NCBI GenBank assembly: GCA_000165425.1
Contig: CT868541.1
Location: 226,096-290,095 of the forward strand
Source of the DNA: Paramecium tetraurelia
Taxonomy: Eukaryota
Direction: 5' to 3'
Length of the DNA: 64,000 nucleotides
The position numbers were made by a program, and so were the translations under genes. The stretch's first letter is position 1; each line of letters starts with the position of its first letter. Positions 54,001 through 64,000 of the stretch are shown here, piece after piece. The notes beneath the pieces were generated by a model that had not been told where the DNA came from, made no database searches, and saw only the letters and a list, made by a program, of their open reading frames with translations.

Positions 54001-55800
54001 ATTCATTTGGATTTATTAAAATATGTCATCACATTTTGATAGTAAATTATGTATAAATCCTGGAAAAATGTATAATTAATGAAATAAATATACTCCAATT
54101 ACCTGGGCGTAAGGTTGAGTTCTGCAAGCTTGATAGCCTATTCATAATCTGCTTTTTCACACTAGCCAGGTTTTAAGTGCTTCTTCTTAACAATTAATTA
54201 TTAAATGCTGTCATTAAACTAGAATTGGGACTTCTCAAAAATATATTTCAATTCATTCTCTATATAATAGATTTCCTTTTTTGTAAATAATTCATATTTT
54301 CCAATTAATTACTTAAATACACTTAGGACAATTTAGACATCATTACTTCTTAAGGCATCATAAACAACATAATCTTCGTTGTTATCCTCAACCAAATACC
54401 TTGCAATAAGTTTTCTCTATTCATAACTCTGAATTTTGAATGGTTCTTAGAGCAACAAATCTAATAATTCATGGATTTTAATTTATTAATCATATTTTTC
54501 AAATAACATTTCAACATCAAAGATTGAAACTTCTTTACTTAATAACTTAAATTTTATTTCCAAACCAAACTGTGCCACATCATATTAATTTACTCTAATA
54601 ATCTTTTTTTATTTTCTATTGCTCTGTTCCACTTGTTTTTCATTCTCATCAATTTCATTACAATACTTAGTAAATTCAGTATTCTATATTTTAGATGAAT
54701 CCATTTGCATGCTTTATTTATATTATTAACTAGATTATCTTAAAAATGAATAATTTTATTGTTGCTAAGATATTCCTGAGTTATTTAGTGATATTTTTAA
54801 TTTTCTAGTAGAATCTTGTCTGGATTCTACCTTTTGTATATCAAATTAATTGAGTTTCTACTCTTATGAGCTAGATTAGTATTTTTCTATTTGTTTCTTT
54901 AATTCTTCGTATTCTAACAATTATAGTTTTAAATCATTTATCTCTTAATCTCTATCCTTCATATCTGTTGAATAACGAAATTCTAAATGTTTCAATTGTT
55001 CTTGCAATTAAGCATTCTCAATAGACTCTCTAAAAATTTATTATCTTGATTTAGTTATAGCATTTGATAATTAGTGATTCTCCTCTAATTGCTTTTATAC
55101 TGAGATTAATCGTCTTATTTCCTTGTCTTTTATGATCAATTAGGTTTTCAGAGATTCTATTTACCCGTTTATGAAATATCTCTCAGTCTTCATGGTAGTA
55201 TTTTCTGATTTGAGTTCATGGTTCTTTTATGATAATTTCTAAATTATTTTCTCCTGCTTTTAATAGAGATCCTCTATTTTGAGGGATTAATTCTCTTGTA
55301 ATTATTCCTTCAAATCCTTTATCTCCTGTTATTGGAAGAGCACTTATTATTAATAATTAAATAATTCGACCTAAGATCATGAAATGAATAATACTTGCAA
55401 TTCTTAATATTTGGTGACATTAATCATCTTTTTGTACTCTTCTATTTATTTAATTTTATCGCTTAAATCTGATTCCAATTTTTTCAGTTACTATTTTAAG
55501 GAAATTAAAAATGTTTTGCTATTATCAAACATGAGATTTTGAGTAGAGTCTCTCTATTCTTAAATTAATCAATACTTAGAGTTATTAATATTTTAATTTC
55601 CAAACTTAGACTTCATCCGATAAAGTATTAATCTAGGTTTTCAATTGATTGTTCTAATGACTCAAAGTTTCAGGATCCACCTTATTTGGATTGATAAGAT
55701 TATTATGAGATTTATGGTTTTTGTGAGATTGTATTCTTATTATTTTCACATTATCTTAACTAGACACTTTTGTACTGATGCTATAAAATTTGTGAGACAT
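54001..55800 (-). CDS. Hypothetical coiled-coil protein
   Basis: MSHKFYSISTK start, ~450 aa of Q/E/K coiled coil and a globular C-terminus; 3' end approximate. Confidence 0.6.
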
Positions 55801-55847
55801 CAAAATTTAATAATTAATAAACAAATTAATATTAAATGCAATCTATT

Positions 55848-56697
55848 TCATTTTATACTCTAGCATTTCTTATTGATTCCCAATCTGGGTTCAGCTAAGC
55901 AATTTTTAATTAATAAGTATCTGATTGGATCAACAACAAACAATTCTAAAGCCAAAGCAGGAGCATAGTATTGCAAACAAATAAAATTGTTTATCTCGTA
56001 GTACATTATCCCTATAATTAGAACAGCCAATGCACTTCCCCAAATGACATAATTGATCAATTTGATATAGCATCCACTTCCATTCTTGCATATCGACTAT
56101 ATTGTATAATAATCGTGTATTTTGATGATCAAATACCCACCACTTGAAGAGGCCATGATATAATAATACTACAATTGTGAAACAAATAGAAGCAATACTC
56201 CACAAATTTCGAAACAAACCATTTGTCTAAAATAAATTTATGCGAGCATAAAAATTCTTGATAAACCAATTTTGTGACTGTAAAATATTTTAGCAAACAA
56301 ATTACATTTCTAATTAAACTCAATTTTGTACATAATAATCCTTGGCTGGCTTTGGTACATTACAATTCTAAACAGTAATGGAATAACCACTTGTCTAAAA
56401 ATTTGAGATAGAAGGTATCTTAGGTTGATTGAGAACCTTTTGATCTGGAGTCTCCCCAAAAATACTGTTCCTTTCACTATTATTGCCTGACTGTCTTGAT
56501 CTCACGCTTTTTCGGTTTGTAGATTACACAGTCTCCACACCCTCCATATTTCCTGCAATTTGTTTTCTTGAAAAAATTGTCTACGGCGTTGTTTATTTCT
56601 ATTTTTTAGTAATTGGGAGTTTCAGAGATGTTTCCTTTTAAGCTGATTCATCTTAAATTTTAATTCCATTCTCTTGATTATTTTATTATGAGAACAT
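55848..56697 (-). CDS. Hypothetical multi-pass membrane protein
   Basis: Disordered N-terminus followed by hydrophobic segments (WSIASICFTIVVLLY, YVIWGSALAVLIIGIMY, ALALELFVVDPIRYLL). Confidence 0.65.
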
Positions 56698-57459
56698 TCT
56701 TTGATTGTTAATTAATTCATCTACCAATTAACTATCGTTCTTTTATTAAGACTGCTTCTAAACATTAGATATTAACATATGATTAACAAAAATCACACTA
56801 TTTTAAGGCGTTTAACTTTTAACCTAAGGTGTTATGGCAGCTAATTTATATTTTTTTTCTAAAAAATAGCCTATTAAGATCAAAACGATAAAAAGGACAG
56901 TCCATAAAGCAAAAAATACTATTATTAATAAGTTATGAATCATTATTAAAATTAATTTTATAATAAACATTGCCCATAAGTTTATAAATAGTATCCCCTG
57001 ATTATTAAGGTTCTCTCTCTCCCTTTCGAATTCCGCTATGCATTTATAATCATTAATTATTATAAATAAAATATGATGAATAGTTCTATTATTCAAGGTC
57101 TGATCATGATGCTAACAAATGTAATTAAGATCATGTATTGTACTTGATGATAATCTCATTTTTATATTCCTCAGCACTGGCTATGCAAATATCTTAATAT
57201 TTAAACTATATAAGGAACTAAGGTATATTTTTAACTAACTCCCATATATTTAATCAGCAAAATGGGTAATCTGAAATTTCTTAATATAATTTCAATTAAT
57301 TTTTGATAAATTTAATCAAAGATATCTCTAACTTCCTAAATAGACTCTAGTAATGATTTCAGGACTTAATCAATCTAAGGGAGTCACAGTCGCTTTTTTA
57401 CTTTTGGTCTTTATAAATAATTTAGAGACCAAACTCCTGTTAAAGATGAAGTGAATGCT

Positions 57460-58569
57460 AATATAACAAAATTCTCATAAATAAATTAATATAGTAAATC
57501 TATTATTTCAATCAAATTTCTTAAAATCTACATGATACAATTCTCTGTAAACGTCTTATATTGATTTATCCATTGTAGATATTAAATGTCCAGAACCTTA
57601 ATGTAAAATGGGGACCTTGAATTCATTATAACAAGTACTTTAGGATTCTTATCTTTAACGACATTGCATTTTTTCAATATTATTTTAGATGTCTCAACAG
57701 GATTAAATGTTTCCATCTCATTTCCTTATTTTTTATCTTTTTCATTTCCCATTTCTTCAAGTCTTGCCGGTGCTTCTTAAGACATCAATCTCAGCTTCTC
57801 AGTTGATTATAATGGTTTTTTTCTACTTTCCTCTTAGGTATGTAATAGTGGTTAAGATCTTGCATGTTCCATCAAAGTCACTAAAATAATTGATAACCAG
57901 TATACATGGTAAATTATTAAACATAGTTTAGGCTGCCTAGAAGTGGGTTTTATTATGTAATGAGGGCAATAGATTCTTAGCAATTAACCTTGATAGATAC
58001 GCTCTTCTTTCTAAAGCTGACATTCCTTCTGAGAAGTTCTCTAGACTTACAATCTTTTTATGATCAATTTTCATGTTCTCTACTTATGATTAGGTATGAT
58101 CTTTTAAAAATTATTCAATTCTAGCGAGAGCAGTTTTATCTCTATATCTGAATATATCTCTTTTGATGTCTTTAGATGGATCTCTTTCTCTGAAGGAATG
58201 TTTGCCTACTTTTAAATTTGGCAGGAAATCCAAGTCTTTATTTTTTTCTTAGGCTTCCAAGATTCTCTCCTTCTCATGTTTAAAACCTTTAACATAAATT
58301 TACGGATCTCCCAAATTTTTGGTTATATCTTCTTCTCTAAACTTGTAACTTTCAGGAGGTTTATATTCATTACAAACTACAGGATTCTCCAACATATTTA
58401 TGACAAAGTTCTCAACTCTTTTTTTATAATTCTTCGACAATCTCTAATTCATATCTATTTGTTATGTAACTCCTCATACCTTTCCTACGTTCTCTTTCTG
58501 AAACATAATCCTTCTTTATTTTGTCAATATCTTTTGTGAAGGCAAGTTACTTATCATATTAATATCCAT
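57460..58569 (-). CDS. Hypothetical protein
   Basis: Open code-6 frame with short introns containing LLPSLHNKTHFQAA and SKIILKKCNVV...LHQGSGHLIST; 3' end approximate. Confidence 0.6.
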
Positions 58570-58759
58570 TAAACATTAAATTATTATATATATAAGTCAT
58601 TAATCAATATATTTTTAATAAGTCATTCTAATTAACATTCATATTTTTAGAGTTTGAATTTTATTCTGATAAGAACTCAAAAATATTTCGAAGCTCTCAC
58701 TATGAATTGGGGAGATGAAATATTATTTTAATTAACTTCATTCACAATTATATTATTTT

Positions 58760-59698
58760 ATGCTGATTGAAAATTTAGCAAATGAACTATAATGCTCAAT
58801 TTGGTTAGCTATCATATATATCTTAATAGCTTAAGTTTATATAGTCTTCCATTTGTTATTCCCTGTGGACATAGTTTTTGCCGCGATTGCATTCAAAATT
58901 ATGGCAAATCAACTAAATCTGCCAAATGCCCTCTATGCAAGTAACCTTTCAATCTTGCCAAAATCAATCTTAACATATCACTTTAAGCTGTATTGAATGT
59001 AATCGATCAAGACAACACAAAAGTGAAAGGAGATCTCAGCAGATAAAAGTCAAAATCTACTAATTTTTTTATTTGCACTTCAAATTTATCAGATGAATAG
59101 AAAGTACTAAAATGAATAAATTAAGGAATGCATTGAAAGATTTCAGAAACACTTCAAAATAAAATCCAATTCAAACATCAATTCCAAGATTACTCACTTG
59201 ATTTCAGGCCCTGACAACCCAAACAAACCTTTTATAGCCAGAAGAACCTTAAAGTACTTGGAAGCACTGGCTCGCGGAATTTGGATTGTTAATATAGATT
59301 GGGTTATAGAAAGTCTCAAATGCGATAAGATCTTAAGCGAAGATGATTTCGAAATCAGGGGAGACGAATTTCCAACACTCACTCCGAAAATATCAAGAAC
59401 TAGAGGTGGAATGTATGATTTCCTGAGGAATTACGAATTCACTATTGAAGTTGGAAATGTTAACAAGACCATAATAAATCAGGAATACGTCGAAACCTTA
59501 ATATTACTGTGCGGTGGCAACATCGTAAATCAAAAGGAGAAGACTCAAAATACTATTATAATTAAAATAGTTTAAGACCCTCAAATGAATCATACTCGAA
59601 TCGAGTGTATTCCAATGATTGTCAATTAAAAATGGTTGTTTGATAGTATCAGCAAATTCAACATGCAAAACTATTTTGGCTATTTAATAAGTAATTGA
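58760..59698 (+). CDS. RING finger plus tandem BRCT protein (compact BRCA1-like)
   Basis: C3HC4 RING (CSICLSLYSLPFVIPCGHSFCRDC...CPLC), then BRCT1 (TSNL, THLI, RRTLKY, GIWIVNIDWV, DFEIRGD) and BRCT2 (LLCGG, KWLFDSIS); introns 58804-58829 and 59104-59125. Confidence 0.88.
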
Positions 59699-61465
59699 TC
59701 CTAATTAATAAAATTTCCGTTTTTATTGTATTATAAATATCATTTATATTTTTACAGATTTGTCAGCTTACATAATAATACTTAGATTCAATATTTGTTT
59801 TATGATTTTTTGTTTCGAAACTGCAATTTTATTAGTAAACATATGCGGATTATCATTCTTCAAATAAATTTATTGGCAAGTCTTTGGAATTCAGTAAGTA
59901 ATTATTCTCAGCCGATTGGTTAATTATTAATATCTTTTCTAAGCCACATTCACGAAAATAATGATCTGCTGCATTTGCTGAAAATAATTTAAGATGCTAA
60001 ATGTTAATGTCAATATTTAGAGTTTTATTTCCTTATTTTTCTTTACTATAAGCCAAAAGAAATTGAATTTGGAGATAAGGTAATCCTTAAATCCATAGAG
60101 AAAAGATATTCAATTTAAATTTCATGGAATGTGGCTTTGCTGGAATTATATCTCCAACATTCTAATCATTTCTTATAAGTATCTAACAAATCATAACTAT
60201 TTAGTGGCTTAGCCTAAGTCTTTTTAGTTCATCATCTAATTTGGAGTGACTTGACTTGTATTAATAAAGGAATTAACATCTTTATAAGATACACTATATG
60301 TTAAGAGGATAACTATATCAATATATAAAATTGTGAGTTAAATTATGAAGAAGAATAGAGGATTAGAGAAAATAAAACATAATTCAAATTTGGGAAGGCT
60401 AAAGACGAGTATTTTCCATCAAAAACAGAATAAGATATTATGCGCTGGTTAATTTATTTAGAGTAACTTTTCTTAAAATAATTGTGTATAATAGCAGTTT
60501 TGTTTACTGGAATCATTTTTGGTTAGAGTGTTTCCATTTTATTGGCAATTAATTTATTAATCAATTCAATTATAATATTCTAATCAATACTTCCTGGAAC
60601 AGTTGTAAAACCTCGTTTAAATATAATTCTTGGATTTTTATGATTAAAAATCATAGATAAATATATTTTCTATCACATTTACAAATTTAATTTGAATGGC
60701 GATATTTATGGACTATTGGTTGAATAAAGTTTAAACATCTAAAACCCATATAAAATGACCTAATTATTTTAATAACTTTAGTAGGCATTCAATAGTTCAA
60801 GCATGATTGTTGAAATTATTATAAAGAATAAATATAAAATTACTGTTTATTCTTGAGGAAATGACAATTTAATATTTTTATTTAATCAATTGAATTAGAA
60901 CTTGCACTTTTAATTTTATGTGTTTTGTTGACTTCATCAGACATAATTACAAATAAACTATTAAAATAACCATATTAATGTATCCTAATTTTAGCTCCAA
61001 AAATAAAGTAATTTGGCCAAAATAACTTTGTTCAATATGATTTTATTCCAATTAAAATTCTTTATTTCAACATCCAAAAATATTAATTAATTGTCATCTA
61101 CCTTAAATCTATTTAATATGGTTATATTTTGAACAATTGTATTAATCCTTAATTTTAAATGTATTTAATTTAGTTTATAGCGATCTTTTTTGAGTAAAAT
61201 TAGCCGATATTATAAGTAAAACAACCAAAAAAACGTAATTATTTTGATTATTTGTAAGGGAGGCATGTTATCATTAGTTAGTAATTAAAAACATTAAATG
61301 CATTTATTTTGGATTTATTCCTCAAAGATTTTAAGAAGTTATTTGATATTTTCATATCAACTAATTAAAATATTTTAAAACTTCTGATTAAATCATTCTT
61401 AAAATAAAAAGCTTTAGCCAAAAAAATTCAATTTATAAGGGTTCTTATATTGTAGGAATTCTTAT

Positions 61466-62130
61466 ATGCAGCTAAGATTCATACTCTTACAACTAAATTT
61501 CAAATTAATGATATTTTCATTCGATTATATGTGTTTGTTATAATAAAATCAAGATTTTAATACTAATTAACACTAATCCTCAATTTCAGAGTTAATTAGA
61601 TATGGAAATTTCAAGAAAAGCATAGTTTACTATTTTTAAGAAAAAAGGAGCAAGCATTTAGACAATTGAAACTATCGAACCTACATTCAAGAAATAAATT
61701 TCTCCATAACATACTCATCGTCTCTTTTAATCGACTCAATCGTCTAAATGTAATAAAGAAATCTATTATAGCCATGGTTATCAACAAGGATAAAGAAAAA
61801 TAAAGAATCAAATAATTGCTTGAGGAAAATATGAAGTTGTTAGAACAATGCTCTGAGAAGGATTTGTAGATTGGAAGATTGAAAGCAAACGCGCAAAGAA
61901 ACTTAGATTTGAGAACCTAAAGAGTCTAAACTCTCAATAATTTGAAACCAAATGAAAAAAAGAACTGTTACTTCGACAACTAAAAAACATAAAATATTTC
62001 AGACTTAGAATAAAATGATGATAAGCAACTTTTCACTTTTTATAGTCCAGAACAAAAATAAGTATCATAAACATTCAAGCTCCCTAAAGTTTTCAGAGCA
62101 TTTCCTAAGCAAAATAGATATTATATCTGA
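61466..62130 (+). CDS. Hypothetical coiled-coil protein
   Basis: Open code-6 frame through KQLLEENMKLLEQCSEKDLQIGRLK, ending RYYI-TGA; start uncertain. Confidence 0.45.
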
Positions 62131-62438
62131 TTTTTCTATTCATTATTACAACTTCAATAATATTGAAAACTCATATTTACAATTTACTATTGTTTCAGAT
62201 CAGTTCTAAGATATCATAATAATTTATTACATTTTTAAAAGTCTTAGACTATTTAATTCCTATTTTAATAATAGAATTATAGTATTCTGAAATTTACATC
62301 AAATTTATAAGTAAATTTGAAATCCATGACTATAAGTTTAAATTTCAATAATAACTCTGATTCTTTAAAACAGAGTGACTCTAAATATTTAGAAGTTAAC
62401 AACTTTTTGTTCAAATTTTAGTATAAATATTATAATAA

Positions 62439-62810
62439 ATGATTAATACACAAAGTGAAGATGGTGAATAGCCTGTTTCAAGTGTGCAAGCTATTGAAAA
62501 ACCCTAAAAATTTAGCCTATTTGATTTGATTGTTGGATTGTCTATATTTAGCATTCTATTTTTTTAGTAATGTATGGGTGAAATTTTATTCCCGATTGGA
62601 TTAATATTTTTGATGAATGGAATACTCTATAAATGCAACAGACGAATTGATTAATTTATGATTGGTCTATTTTATGTACTTTAATTATTTGCAGTTTGGG
62701 CATTAACCTATCACGATTTCGAAGAGTGTCGAATTGGATATGTATTAGTCGTTATTTACGTAGTTGTAATATTTTGCTTCATTACAAGTAGCATGATTAT
62801 ATTGACATGA
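62439..62810 (+). CDS. Small four-TM hypothetical protein (123 aa)
   Basis: Intact intronless code-6 ORF MINTQSEDGE...SSMIILT* with four hydrophobic segments. Confidence 0.65.
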
Positions 62811-62997
62811 AATCAATTATTGTCTAAAATACATATAATTAACACTATTCTTTCATTGCATTATTATCATTATGCACTTCTTTATAAAATTTATATATAT
62901 ACTTAATATATAAATTTTAATATTCTTGAGAATGTTTACTATCACAATATATGTTAAGTTGTTTAATAACTTGAATTTATATATATGCAATTATTAG

Positions 62998-64000
62998 TCA
63001 ATAATCTAAATATAACTCTTTGATGGTAAAGGTGGTTTCATCAAGTTCATACCATGGGAATCTCCACTCGTCAGTCATACCATAATGTGGAATATTAGGA
63101 TAGGCTTTCCAATTAAATGGATCGTGATTTTAATAGGAAGGACTTGAGATCAAATGAACCTTTTTATTCTTAATCATGTCCTGACTAATGACCTTACCAT
63201 CAATTCCTCCGAATGTGTATCCATTCCCTAGATCACACCTTGGACTTAAGGCACCATCGCAAGCATCGAATTCAGCAGTAACTTTATTGTATCTAACTAA
63301 TTTTCCTACTTCTTTAACTGTTTTTAGATTTCCTTGGTACATTCTAAACTATCTTGCTCTTACATCATCATTATATGAGGTAGTTTTTGGATATTCTTAA
63401 ATTTTATATAATTTTACTTAAAGAATCAAAGATTTCTTAATCCAATGGTACATTATAAGATGCCACATATCCTTAGGATGCTAGTAATGTATTTGTTAGA
63501 TCATGCACCTTATAATGAAAGAATGCCTCTTCTCCCATGAATATTTTATTATAATCAGTTACAACCCATTAATTATTATGAGTTCCACTTCTATGCTACC
63601 CAAAAATATCCATCCATTCTGAAGGAGTCTTTGCCAATCTACTTGCTATATTAGCTCTCATCCAACAAGGCACTGAATCATAATGAAAATAGGCATAATT
63701 TTCTTTATTATAATTATTAAATGATGTTTCTGTCACAACCATTTAAGTATCCCAAAGGACAAAAAAATCATCCTTGGATTCTAAATCTCCTGGTCTTGCT
63801 GTAAATGATAAATGTGGATTGACCACATCTTTGTCTTTTAATTTAAAATTATAGCTTTTATAAATTCTGAGCATAGTTTGATACACATTAAAAGTCGAAT
63901 GTGCCACTATGCCTGGTTTATAAAAGGAATTACAATTTCCAATACCTTGAGTTTAAACTTAGCCAACACTTGGCCATAAATCTTAAAGATCTCCCATATT
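62998..64000 (-). CDS. Phospholipase B-like (PLBD/LAMA family) protein, 3' part
   Basis: HSTFN, ARPGDLESKDDF, TETS, HRSGTHNNQWVVTDY, YVASYNVP, SPRCDL and GGIDGKV motifs; the gene continues beyond the window end. Confidence 0.88.

Noticed and set aside
57073..57147. Possible box C/D snoRNA (ATGATGA ... CTGA ... ATGATGC ... TTGA) with TTCTATTATTC resembling an antisense to an SSU rRNA segment
   Set aside because: The putative guide stops 5 nt short of the D' box, there is no canonical terminal CTGA or terminal stem, and such motifs arise by chance in very AT-rich DNA. A snoscan or small-RNA check would be needed.
59840..60780. Possible degenerate membrane-protein gene
   Set aside because: Hydrophobic and acidic patches are present, but I could not build a consistent frame or assign a family.

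Overview
Very AT-rich, gene-dense eukaryotic DNA that reads as ciliate macronuclear sequence, almost certainly Paramecium. Genes open only when TAA/TAG are read as Gln (translation table 6, TGA the only stop), and they carry tiny ~20-30 nt GT-AG introns, so the supplied ORF track is mostly fragments or antisense noise. About 30 protein genes can be supported: PX-WD40 protein, cytosolic carboxypeptidase, trichocyst matrix protein, PKA catalytic subunit, AP-4 sigma, NC2-beta/Dr1, double-CAP protein, RPL30, Alba, a four-domain voltage-gated channel, tectonic, 3R-Myb, cytochrome b5 front-end desaturase, Rab11, Atg6, amidase, RING-BRCT (BRCA1-like), phospholipase B-like and several coiled-coil or membrane hypotheticals. 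There is also a U6 snRNA with its Pol III promoter and two probable pseudogenes. Most notable: (1) a 75-nt, two-hairpin, stop-containing intron in RPL30 suggesting splicing autoregulation; (2) a Cav/Nav-type channel whose filter ring reads E/S/L/L while its voltage sensors stay charged; (3) a desaturase fused to an N-terminal channel-S1-S4-like membrane module; (4) a decaying in-frame CDK-like pseudokinase-cyclin fusion; (5) a ~296-aa minimal BRCA1-like protein. Gene boundaries were read by eye and may be off by a few bases or by one terminal exon; no database searches were run.
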